Shown piece by piece: positions 38,434 through 46,900 of a stretch of DNA of 64,000 nucleotides. Positions within the stretch are counted from its first letter, which is position 1, and each line of letters begins with the position of its first letter. The translations under genes and the position numbers were made by a program. The stretch lies in contig JBEKSN010000002.1 of NCBI GenBank assembly GCA_049517055.1, forward strand, positions 433 through 64,432, written 5' to 3'. The stretch is from Candidatus Acidiferrales bacterium. Its GTDB lineage: Bacteria > Acidobacteriota > Terriglobia > Acidiferrales > UBA7541. Under the pieces are notes generated by a model. It made no database searches, had not been told where the DNA came from, and saw only the letters and a list, made by a program, of their open reading frames with translations.

Positions 38434-40860
38434 TCACGGCAGCCAGGGCCATATCTTTTGCCAGATCCATCTGAACGGCGAACGCAGAATCACGTACCCA
38501 ACCGGGTACCATCCACTGTCAAACCACCCGCCCCACGACCGAATTCTCACTCGCCCAACCATTCCATCGCGGGCCTTTCCTCCGGCGTTCTCGAATATCG
38601 CGCGCACCAGGAAGTACTGGTCTCCCGAGTCAGTCCGAGTCTGTGCCCCGATGCGATCTACAGTGCCCTCGAACGTAGTTGTCGGGAACGCATTTAACTT
38701 CAGTGACACATTTTCCCCTGGCCGTACGAGCGAAAGATCGGTTTCAGGGACGCTCATTTCCGCAGCCATGCGGTCCTGAGATACTACTTCGCAGAAACTA
38801 TCTCCGGATTTGATCATGGACCCGGATTTTTCTTCCACCTTCGGAGTGGTCACGATGCCGGCGATGGGTGAGGTCAAGCGCGCGTCATTTATTCGTTGCT
38901 GCTCAAGTGCCACTTCAGCGGAATATAGCTGCGAGCGTATCTGAGCCTGTCCTGCCGCTGCGGGGTCATTCCGGAATTCGGCTTCGGCTAATTCACGCCG
39001 CACCTGAGACAACGCGGTGTCGGCTTCTATTAGCTTTATGCGATCCTCGCTGTCGTCGAGTTGCGCAAGCAGCTGGCCTGGCTTCACCAAATCGCCTTCG
39101 CGCACGAAGACTTGTTTTACGACTCCGCCCTCAATTGCGCTCACCATGCGGCGCTCGGATGGGACCACCGTGGCGTCGGTGCCAACGCGCATGGGCCATG
39201 GGATTATCGTCAGAAAAAGGGCCACGATGCCGGCGCGTTGCGCGTATTCCATCATGCGGCTCTGCGGCATAGCCGCCAGGAACTTTTTCTTTCTCTGCGC
39301 AAACGGCTGGAAAATATTCGCCAGCGGAACTTGCTGGTAAAGCTGGGCGTTGCGGATAGCAACCGTAGTCTGGCTGGCAAGGATGGCCAGGGTTTCCAAA
39401 TGGCTTTCTGAGAGAAAATCGGCTTCCTTGCTCAGAAGAATCATTGCGCCGAGCGTCCCTTGATCGTCGCGCAGTGGCAAGCCGTAAAAGCCTTGGTGTT
39501 CATGGGCTTCTAGGAACGAGACAATTTGGGCGTGGGCCTCTGCAGGCTCCACTTGCCAGCCATCCTCATGAAAATTCGCCGAAACGTGACTATCCTGTTC
39601 CGCCACCCACTCCATGCGTTCGCGCAGCTCGCTCATTTCCCGCGTCTTCGGAACTTCCGTTTCTCCGGAGACGGCCCCCAGGACGAAGCGCCCACGGTCG
39701 TAAAATCCAATAACGCAACTCTCAAACGGCACGACAGATGCCGACTGCGCCACTACCGTGGTCAAAACGTGATCGAGATCCAGAGTGGAAGTAATTTCCT
39801 GCGAAATTTTCAACAGGGCATCGAGGGCGTGAACCTTTCGCTCGGACTCCAGCAGGTTTGCATTGTGCAGTGCCACCGCGGCCTGTTCGCTGATACTCGA
39901 GAGGAAAAATAGGTCGTCTTCATTGAACAGCGTACCGTCCGCCTTATTAATGATCTCGACGACACCGAGAACCTCGTCGTCTTTTCGCAGGGGCGCCGCC
40001 ATCCAAGACTGAAGCTCGAAATCTCCGCCAGCTTCAATGCGTTCGGCTAGCCCGGCTTCCCCGCTCGGGTCTTCGACTAACTTCGGGTTTGCTTGCTGCG
40101 CAACTTCAGCCAGCAAACCTTCACTTAATGACGCGGTGGCGTCCTCTTCAACCGTAGGGTCATCGCCGATTTGCCTCGCAAGACTGAGTTCCTGTCCGCC
40201 AGGCGAAGCGAGCCAGAGATTGCAGGCTCCGGCCCCCAAAATGTCGCGGATTTTACCCGCTACGATGGGGAGAAGCTCTTCCAGTTCCAGAGTTGACGTA
40301 AATGTCTGGCCCAGGTCGTATAGCGCGGTCAGGCGTTCGAGAGTGGCGAGTTGGCTCTGACGTTCCTGCTCAATCGCGCCCAGATTGGTCAGTGCGCGGC
40401 CTGCCAGCTGGCATGCTTCTTCCAGGAAGTGCGCGTCTTCGGCGGTGAAGTCCCCGGCGCGCTTATTGAGAACCTCGACTACGCCTTCCGGCCTTTGCGC
40501 TCCCGGCAGGGATGAATACAAAGCGGATTTCACGCGCGTACGGCTGAACTCATCAAGATGCTCAAGATCTTCTGGTGCGATTTCGCGTGCGGGCAAACGC
40601 CTGGTGGCGGCTGATTGGTACAATATTGCGAGCGTTCCCCCGTTGACAGGCAATTCGGTGGGATGCAAGCGTTCGCCCGGCTCAGTCCAGCGCATGCGGC
40701 AAAGGAGTTCCTCTGCTGTTCCGTTCGTCGTCCATACGAGCACGGCGCGCGCTCCGAGCGTAGTGCCCACTCGGGCGGCGAAGGTCTTCAGCAGGGTGTC
40801 TTGATCGCGGCACGCTAAAGATATGCTCGCGAGCTCAAAAAGCGCGGAAGATGTTTCCAT
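38434..40860 (-). CDS. Triple-GAF sensor fused to a TM-anchored HlyD membrane-fusion domain
   Basis: Three GAF-like modules, each ending in ...AVALHNANLLESER-type helices. One TM helix (AGIVALFLTIIPWP) is followed by HlyD motifs (IEGGVVKQVFVREGDLVKPGQLLAQLD, LTSPIAGIVT). The ATG at 40860 follows a GGGAGAG SD. The ORF-track start at 40941 would overlap the candidate promoter. Confidence 0.75.
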   Translation of the reverse strand: METSSALFELASISLACRDQDTLLKTFAARVGTTLGARAVLVWTTNGTAEELLCRMRWTEPGERLHPTELPVNGGTLAILYQSAATRRLPAREIAPEDLEHLDEFSRTRVKSALYSSLPGAQRPEGVVEVLNKRAGDFTAEDAHFLEEACQLAGRALTNLGAIEQERQSQLATLERLTALYDLGQTFTSTLELEELLPIVAGKIRDILGAGACNLWLASPGGQELSLARQIGDDPTVEEDATASLSEGLLAEVAQQANPKLVEDPSGEAGLAERIEAGGDFELQSWMAAPLRKDDEVLGVVEIINKADGTLFNEDDLFFLSSISEQAAVALHNANLLESERKVHALDALLKISQEITSTLDLDHVLTTVVAQSASVVPFESCVIGFYDRGRFVLGAVSGETEVPKTREMSELRERMEWVAEQDSHVSANFHEDGWQVEPAEAHAQIVSFLEAHEHQGFYGLPLRDDQGTLGAMILLSKEADFLSESHLETLAILASQTTVAIRNAQLYQQVPLANIFQPFAQRKKKFLAAMPQSRMMEYAQRAGIVALFLTIIPWPMRVGTDATVVPSERRMVSAIEGGVVKQVFVREGDLVKPGQLLAQLDDSEDRIKLIEADTALSQVRRELAEAEFRNDPAAAGQAQIRSQLYSAEVALEQQRINDARLTSPIAGIVTTPKVEEKSGSMIKSGDSFCEVVSQDRMAAEMSVPETDLSLVRPGENVSLKLNAFPTTTFEGTVDRIGAQTRTDSGDQYFLVRAIFENAGGKARDGMVGRVRIRSWGGWFDSGWYPVGYVILRSPFRWIWQKIWPWLP

Positions 40861-40931
40861 TACTCTCCCAGCGGCAGGGGATACTCTTAGTCGCGGGTAA
40901 AAACCGCGCGCGAATGAAGAGATAGTGAGGC

Positions 40932-40947
40932 AGCCTAGCAAATGCCA
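40932..40947 (-). promoter_or_regulatory. Candidate sigma-54-type promoter (TGGCAT-N5-AGGCT) for the GAF-HlyD/HlyD/M50 operon
   Basis: The minus strand reads TGGCATTTGCTAGGCT with correct GG-N10-GC spacing. The -24 element is strong and the -12 element is degenerate. It lies ~75 nt upstream of the ATG at 40860. Confidence 0.35.
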
Positions 40948-41063
40948 TGTATAGCGTCAAGGAAGACCGCTGTCGCCATCTGCCGTATTTCTTAGAAGTT
41001 TTTTGCAGGGACTTGATTGCCGGACATAATTCAGATAGCTTTGCAAAGCGCAGTGAGGCACAT

Positions 41064-41399
41064 GTGAACATTGGCATCCGCAAGGCTGGCCGAGCCACAA
41101 TCCTGGATCTCGACGGGCCGCTGAAATTGGGCGACGCTGAAGAATCTTTTCGCAATCAGATTCAGCAGCTCATCGAAGCGGGGACCACACACGTAGCTGT
41201 GAATCTCGCCGGCGTTACGGAACTCGACAGCTCGGGGATTGGGGCACTCGTTCGTGCGTTCACCACGCTGAAGCGCGCGGGCGGAAAATGCACCTACTTC
41301 GCGCCGAATAAGCGGGTAGTGATGCTGTTGAAAATGGTCCGGCTCGACACAATTCTTGACCTCGCCGAAGACGAAGCTACAGCTCTTACGCGCATCTAG
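41064..41399 (+). CDS. STAS-domain protein (anti-sigma-factor antagonist family)
   Basis: SpoIIAA-like sequence (ILDLDGPLKLGDAEE...VAVNLAGVTELDSSGIGALV). The GTG at 41064 follows a GAGG SD. ORF-track start 40947 is an alternative. Confidence 0.7.
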   Translation: MNIGIRKAGRATILDLDGPLKLGDAEESFRNQIQQLIEAGTTHVAVNLAGVTELDSSGIGALVRAFTTLKRAGGKCTYFAPNKRVVMLLKMVRLDTILDLAEDEATALTRI

Positions 41400-41477
41400 C
41401 CTCCACGTATTATCAAAAGAATTGCTCTCGTTAGAATGAAGAGTGCCCGGGCCGTGGCGTGTGGGCAAAAAAGATGT

Positions 41478-42143
41478 TTAACGGCGATCGAGCGCTGGAT
41501 GCCGTACGTCGCGGCCGGCGACGAAGTAAATCACGTCTTCGGCGATGTTTGTCGCGTGGTCTCCGATGCGTTCGATGTTTTTCGCCACCAGAACAAGCTC
41601 GAAGGCGGTGAACACCACGGCGGAGTTTTCCATCATGTAGGTAAGCAACTCGCGGAAGAGTTGGTCGCGCAGCCGGTCCACCTGGTCATCGCGCTGGAGC
41701 ACGCTATGGGCTAGCTCGATATCTCCTCGCACCAGGGCATTCAAGCTATCGCGGACCATCCCTTCGGCCAGCTCGCTCATTCGCGGCAAATCAACGTAAG
41801 GCTTCACCTGTGGATGGCGCATGATCCGCGTTGCCGATTGCGCGATATTGACAGCTTGGTCTCCGATGCGCTCAAGGTCTCCGTTGATGCGCGAAACCGC
41901 CAGCAAGAATCGCAAGTCGGCGGCCATAGGCTGTTGCAGTGCCAGCAAACGTTGCACGCGCTCGTCGATTTCAATCTGAATCTCGTTAATTGCATCTTCT
42001 TCAGTCAAAACGGTCTCGGCGAGGTGCTCTTCACCATCCAGCACCGCGTGGATCGCCTGATGGACGGCTCGCTCGGCGAGGCTTCCCATCCAAAGCAGTC
42101 GCTGTTTCAGTTCTTCGAGGTCTCGCTCAAAATGTCGTTCCAT
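41478..42143 (-). CDS. phoU: Phosphate signalling complex protein PhoU
   Basis: 221 aa with duplicated PhoU repeats (NGDLERIGDQAVNIA, AKNIERIGDHATNIAEDVIY). Lies downstream of pstB. Confidence 0.9.
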   Translation of the reverse strand: MERHFERDLEELKQRLLWMGSLAERAVHQAIHAVLDGEEHLAETVLTEEDAINEIQIEIDERVQRLLALQQPMAADLRFLLAVSRINGDLERIGDQAVNIAQSATRIMRHPQVKPYVDLPRMSELAEGMVRDSLNALVRGDIELAHSVLQRDDQVDRLRDQLFRELLTYMMENSAVVFTAFELVLVAKNIERIGDHATNIAEDVIYFVAGRDVRHPALDRR

Positions 42144-42197
42144 GTTTCCTCAGACCTTTCCGTTTCTGCGTGCAATAGCCCGATGAACCAATCCACT

Positions 42198-43037
42198 TTA
42201 GCCAAAGCGGCCGGTAATGTAGGCCTCAGTACGCGGATCGGTAGGCGTCGTAAATAGTTTAGATGTTTCGCTGTGTTCGATGAGTTTGCCGTCAAGCATG
42301 AAGGCTGTGAAATCGCTGGCGCGGGCCGCCTGCTGCATGTTGTGAGTAACGATTGCCATGGTGCAGCTATCCTTCAGCTGAAACAATAATTCTTCAATCT
42401 TTGCGGTCGTCACCGGATCCAGCGCGGAGCAGGGCTCGTCCAGCAAAAGCACTTCAGGGTTCACGGCGAGCGCGCGCGCAATACACAGCCTCTGCTGCTG
42501 CCCGCCGGAAAGCGCGAACGCCGACTTGTGAAGGTAATCCTTGACCTCGTCCCAAAGCGCCGCGCGGTGCAGGCTGCTTTCTACGAGTTCGTCGAGACGC
42601 CCCTTATAACCATTGATGCGAAGTCCATACGCCACGTTTTCATAAATCGACTTCGGAAAGGGATTCGGCCTCTGAAACACCATTCCGACACGACGCCGCA
42701 GATTCACCACATCCATCGAATGTATATCTTGGCCGTCGAGCAAGATCTCGCCATCCACGCGAGTGTTTCTGATGATCTCGTTCATGCGGTTCAACGTGCG
42801 CAGGAATGTCGACTTTCCGCATCCCGAAGGTCCGATTAAGGCGGTCACCTTGTTCACCGGGATCTTCAGGTTCAGCCCAAAGATGGCCTGCTTTGGGCCG
42901 TAGAAAAAATTCAGGTCGGAGATCTGAAAGCGCACCGGCGTCTCCTTTTCCGAAGCCATCGAGCGAGGATCATTCATACGCACTTGCGGAGCGAGTCTTG
43001 CGGCGGTGGCATTGCTGCCTTGGGAAATCGACGGCAT
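42198..43037 (-). CDS. pstB: Phosphate ABC transporter ATP-binding protein
   Basis: Walker [10 protein letters not shown], signature [15 protein letters not shown], Walker B LLLDEP. Confidence 0.95.
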   Translation of the reverse strand: MPSISQGSNATAARLAPQVRMNDPRSMASEKETPVRFQISDLNFFYGPKQAIFGLNLKIPVNKVTALIGPSGCGKSTFLRTLNRMNEIIRNTRVDGEILLDGQDIHSMDVVNLRRRVGMVFQRPNPFPKSIYENVAYGLRINGYKGRLDELVESSLHRAALWDEVKDYLHKSAFALSGGQQQRLCIARALAVNPEVLLLDEPCSALDPVTTAKIEELLFQLKDSCTMAIVTHNMQQAARASDFTAFMLDGKLIEHSETSKLFTTPTDPRTEAYITGRFG

Positions 43038-43038
43038 A

Positions 43039-43893
43039 TCACGCGCTCCTGACCGCGCTGCCGCGGTTCAGTAGAAGACGGGCACCCAGATTTGCAACCA
43101 GCACCAATCCCAATAATACCAAGCCCGCGGCCCACGCCTGCCTATGCCAATCATCATACGGCGCGATGGCATATGTATATATCATGACCGGAAGTGACGC
43201 GGTCGGCTGTTCGAAGCCAGGGCTCCAAAACCGGTTCCCGAAGGCGGTAAAGAGCAGCGGCGCAGTTTCCCCGGCAACCCGCGCGAGCGCCAGCAGCATT
43301 CCCGTTAGTATGCCGCCGCTTGCTGCGGGCAGCACGACGGTAACGATAGTCTTCCACTTACTGGCTCCCAGCGCCATTGCGCCTTCGCGCAGGCTTCCGG
43401 GCACCGCCCTAAGAAACTCCTCCGTGCTTCGTACCGTGATCGGGATCACCATCATCCCTAGCGCCACGCCGCCGGCGAGCGCGGAGAAATGTTTCACCGG
43501 CAGCACCACCAGCGAGTACGCGAAAATACCTATAACGATGGACGGCACGCCGTTCAGCAAATCCGTCGTGTACCGTACGACGAACGAAAATGTTTTGCCC
43601 CCGAACTCCGCAAGATACACGCCGGTAAGCAATCCTACCGGGAGGCCCATCAAAGCTGCCAACATCAGCAGCTTCAGGCTGCCAACAATGGCGTTGGCCA
43701 TTCCACCGCCCGATTCACCCACGGGCTTCGGGAGCTGCGTAAAAAAATTCCAATTCAGCGATTTGCCGCCGTTCCAGATCAAATAGCCAAGGATAAAAAA
43801 CAAAATCGAAACCACTCCAAGCGCGGCTATTCCGGTCAAGCTCAGCATTACGTAATTCAATGACTTTCGCCAGACAATACGTGGATTACTCAT
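43039..43893 (-). CDS. pstA: Phosphate ABC transporter permease PstA
   Basis: The start [10 protein letters not shown] forms an ATGA overlap with the pstC stop. Carries the EAA-loop [13 protein letters not shown]. The longer ORF to 44217 lies inside pstC. Confidence 0.9.
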   Translation of the reverse strand: MSNPRIVWRKSLNYVMLSLTGIAALGVVSILFFILGYLIWNGGKSLNWNFFTQLPKPVGESGGGMANAIVGSLKLLMLAALMGLPVGLLTGVYLAEFGGKTFSFVVRYTTDLLNGVPSIVIGIFAYSLVVLPVKHFSALAGGVALGMMVIPITVRSTEEFLRAVPGSLREGAMALGASKWKTIVTVVLPAASGGILTGMLLALARVAGETAPLLFTAFGNRFWSPGFEQPTASLPVMIYTYAIAPYDDWHRQAWAAGLVLLGLVLVANLGARLLLNRGSAVRSA

Positions 43894-44888
43894 GCGGGCC
43901 GACCTCCTCCGCGTCCGGTGGCGACAATCAAAATCCGAGCCAAGCCATTCAGAATAAACGTGATCAGGAATAGCACCAGCCCCAACTCGATCAGCGAACT
44001 CAAATACAAGTCTCCGGTCGCTTCCGTGAATTGGCTGGCGATGGTGGAAGCGATGGTATCGCCGGGCGAAAGCAGCGAGGCGGCGATCGTTGGCGCATTG
44101 CCTATCACCATGGTAACGGCCATCGTTTCGCCCAGCGCGCGTGCCAAGGCGAGGAATACAGAACCCATGATGCCGGTGCGAGCCCATGGGACCACTACCT
44201 TCCAAGTGGATTCCCATCGCGTTGCGCCCATCGCAAGCGCCGCTTCGCGCTGCTCGCGCGGCACCGTCAACAGAACTTCCCGCGAAACAGAAATGATGAA
44301 CGGCACGACCATAATCGCCAGAACGATCCCAGCGGTCAGAAAGCCGACTCCGTAATTGGGTCCATGGAACAACGCCCCGATGTAGGGAACATTACCGAGT
44401 GTGTGAATCAGGGCCGGACCTATCGTCGTGCGCATCACTGGCACAACTATAAAAATTCCCAGCAGGCCATAGATCACGCTGGGGACAGCCGCCAGCAAAT
44501 CAATCAAAAACGAGATGACGTCACTGACCTTGCGCGGCGCGAGCTCGGAGAGAAAAATCGCGCTCGCAAGCCCAAGCGGAACCGCGAGGCAGAGCGCCAC
44601 TGCTGAAGTGACTAACGTTCCATATATGAACGGCGCCGCACCAAAGTTGTCAAAGTTCGGATCCCACACCCTAGTCCAGAAAAACATCCATCCGAATTTT
44701 GCCCGGGAAAGATGTGAATTCGCCCAGAGCTCGTACACCAGCATCGACGTGATGAGGAGTATAAAGGCTGAAAATGTAAGGGTAACGAGGTGAGCGATTT
44801 CGTCGCCGCTGCGCAGCCGGCGAAGAAACGCGCGAGGGCCCGCTTGCGGCGGAACCTCGTGCGCGATTGTGGTAGCGGCCGCGGACAT
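43890..44888 (-). CDS. pstC: Phosphate ABC transporter permease PstC
   Basis: 332 aa with six TM helices and the EAA-loop QREAALAMGATRWE. Confidence 0.9.
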   Translation of the reverse strand: MSAAATTIAHEVPPQAGPRAFLRRLRSGDEIAHLVTLTFSAFILLITSMLVYELWANSHLSRAKFGWMFFWTRVWDPNFDNFGAAPFIYGTLVTSAVALCLAVPLGLASAIFLSELAPRKVSDVISFLIDLLAAVPSVIYGLLGIFIVVPVMRTTIGPALIHTLGNVPYIGALFHGPNYGVGFLTAGIVLAIMVVPFIISVSREVLLTVPREQREAALAMGATRWESTWKVVVPWARTGIMGSVFLALARALGETMAVTMVIGNAPTIAASLLSPGDTIASTIASQFTEATGDLYLSSLIELGLVLFLITFILNGLARILIVATGRGGGRPA

Positions 44889-44889
44889 T

Positions 44890-45912
44890 TTACTGAATCA
44901 GCGAAATCGCCTTCGTCTCCCGCGCGATTAGTTCTTTTGGTAGCTGGGCATAGGTTAAGCCCTCATTGTACTTCTGACCTTCCGCCAACATCCATTTCAG
45001 AAAATCCTTGATGGCCTCACGCTTCGCTGCGTCCTGAATTTGCGCGGGAATCAGCAGCCACGTGAAACTTGAAATGGGATAAACCTTTGGCCCTGGAGCG
45101 TTAGTAATCGAAACGCGGAAGTCTTCCGGAATGTTCTTGGCATCGGCGGCCGCTGCTGCCGTTACTCCTGCCAAATCCGCCTTAACGAAGTTTCCCGCTG
45201 CGTTCTGAACTTTCCCGTAAGGAATGTTGTTTTGCACGGCGTAGATCAACTCGATGTAGCCGATCGAGTTCGGCGTTTGCTTGACCAGCCCGGTCACGCC
45301 TTCGTTGCCCTTGCCACCCAGCCCTACCGGCCAATTCACGGAAGTGGCTGCGTTCCCCACTTTTTTCTTCCAATCCTCGCTGACCTTCGCCAAAAAATCC
45401 GTCCAGATGTAGGTGGTCCCACTGCCGTCCGAACGGTGAACCACAACGATATCTGCACTCGGAAGTTTCACGCCCGCATTCGCTTTGGCGATTTCCGGGT
45501 CATCCCACTTGGTGATCGTTCCGAGATAAATTCCCGCTAACGCCTTCTGTGTGAAATTTAGTTCCCCGGATACGCCCGCGATATTGTAAGTCGGCACCAC
45601 TGCGCCGAGCACGGTGGGAAAATGCAGGATCTTGAACTTCGATTGCGAGAGCTGCTCATCCGTCATGGGTCCATCAGAAGCGCCGAAATCCACGGTGCCG
45701 GCCTGCAGTTGACGTATCCCGCCGCCCGATCCGATGGATTGGTAGTTAATCTGAATGTTCGGGTGCGCGGTGTGGTAAACGTCAAACCACTTGGAATAAA
45801 TCGGATAGGGAAAAGTGGCGCCAGCGGCATTTAGCAGCACCGTTCCATTTTGGGCTGCCGCGATGGCAGCCAGGCCGAGCGCGAGCGACACAACTAGCAG
45901 GCTCTTTTTCAT
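44890..45912 (-). CDS. pstS: Phosphate ABC transporter substrate-binding protein PstS
   Basis: The start MKKSLLVVSLALGLAAIAAAQ follows an AGGAGAA SD. PBP motifs GATFPYPIYSKW and SIGSGGG. ORF-track start 45936 is eight codons upstream. Confidence 0.9.
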   Translation of the reverse strand: MKKSLLVVSLALGLAAIAAAQNGTVLLNAAGATFPYPIYSKWFDVYHTAHPNIQINYQSIGSGGGIRQLQAGTVDFGASDGPMTDEQLSQSKFKILHFPTVLGAVVPTYNIAGVSGELNFTQKALAGIYLGTITKWDDPEIAKANAGVKLPSADIVVVHRSDGSGTTYIWTDFLAKVSEDWKKKVGNAATSVNWPVGLGGKGNEGVTGLVKQTPNSIGYIELIYAVQNNIPYGKVQNAAGNFVKADLAGVTAAAAADAKNIPEDFRVSITNAPGPKVYPISSFTWLLIPAQIQDAAKREAIKDFLKWMLAEGQKYNEGLTYAQLPKELIARETKAISLIQ

Positions 45913-45940
45913 GTTCTTGAATTCTCCTGGTCCCATTTTT

Positions 45941-45967
45941 TGTCAGAATTGTTACAACCGTGTTACA
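45941..45967 (-). promoter_or_regulatory. Pho-box-like direct repeats (TGTAACAcggtTGTAACAattcTGACA) upstream of pstS
   Basis: 7-nt repeats with 11-bp periodicity directly upstream of the pst operon. This layout parallels PhoB boxes (7-nt repeat plus 4-nt spacer). Confidence 0.55.
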
Positions 45968-46069
45968 TCGACGAGAATGAGGGGTGAAATGCGGGTCGCT
46001 TCGGCTTGGCGGCCAGGCTGCCGGGGCTCCCGCCGCTCAGGGAAGGCGCGTCCGGGCGGTTCGTATAGA

Positions 46070-46786
46070 TTACAAAGTTCCTGCCGCGAGGCTGTCCTCG
46101 GCCGTAATTTCGATCTGCTTTGCTCGCCCGTGCCGGACTTCTAGGCCGCGGATCCAGAACAAGATGTCTTCGGCGATATTGGTAGCATGGTCCGCAATCC
46201 GCTCAAGGTGGCGCGAGGCCAGCACGTAGTGCAGATTCGGAGCCGCTAAAGAAGGGTTCTGGGTCATGCCGGACAGCAGCGATTCGAAAAGATGATCGCG
46301 GTATTGATCGACCACGTCGTCACTTTCGAGCACTTGGGTCGCGAGGTCCACGTTTTGGTAAATCAATGCTCCTAGACATTTCGAAACCATCGCGCGCACC
46401 GCTGTAGCCATGGGCTCAAGCTCGACTGGAATGGGCACTTCGCCCATCGCCGATAGCGAAATGGCGCGTTCGCTAAGGTTCACGGCGAGATCACCCATGC
46501 GCTCGAGGTCGTTATTGATTTTGAGTGTGGCGACTATCAGCCGCACTTCTGTATCGGCTAGGTTTCCCTGGCGCAACATGCGGATGGCGTGCTCGTCAAT
46601 CACGATTTCCATTTCGTTGATGCGGGGCTCATTCAGAAAGACCTCGCTGGCCAACCGCTCATTGCGCTCCAGCAGCGCCCAAAGAGCGCGGTTGACGGAG
46701 GCTTCCACTGTGCGCGCCTGGGAAACCAGATAGTTCACTAAAACACTTTGAAAAATTCCTTCAGTGCTGGTTTTCGTAGCCGCCAT
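46070..46786 (-). CDS. PhoU-family phosphate regulatory protein (second paralog)
   Basis: 238 aa with two PhoU repeats (NNDLERMGDLAVNLSERA, SRHLERIADHATNIAEDILF). Lies downstream of phoR. Confidence 0.85.
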   Translation of the reverse strand: MAATKTSTEGIFQSVLVNYLVSQARTVEASVNRALWALLERNERLASEVFLNEPRINEMEIVIDEHAIRMLRQGNLADTEVRLIVATLKINNDLERMGDLAVNLSERAISLSAMGEVPIPVELEPMATAVRAMVSKCLGALIYQNVDLATQVLESDDVVDQYRDHLFESLLSGMTQNPSLAAPNLHYVLASRHLERIADHATNIAEDILFWIRGLEVRHGRAKQIEITAEDSLAAGTL

Positions 46787-46900
46787 TCGCCACCTCCTGC
46801 CTAAATCACCGGGTCTAATTAAATGTCTGCGCGTACAGGATGGCAGGGAAAGACTGCAACCGAATTAACGGCAGGTGAATGCTGTGAGACAACTCGAGGC

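Noticed and set aside
43894-44217. 108-codon N-terminal extension of pstA
   Set aside because: It lies entirely inside pstC in another frame. The ATGA stop/start overlap at 43890..43893 gives the canonical PstA N-terminus.
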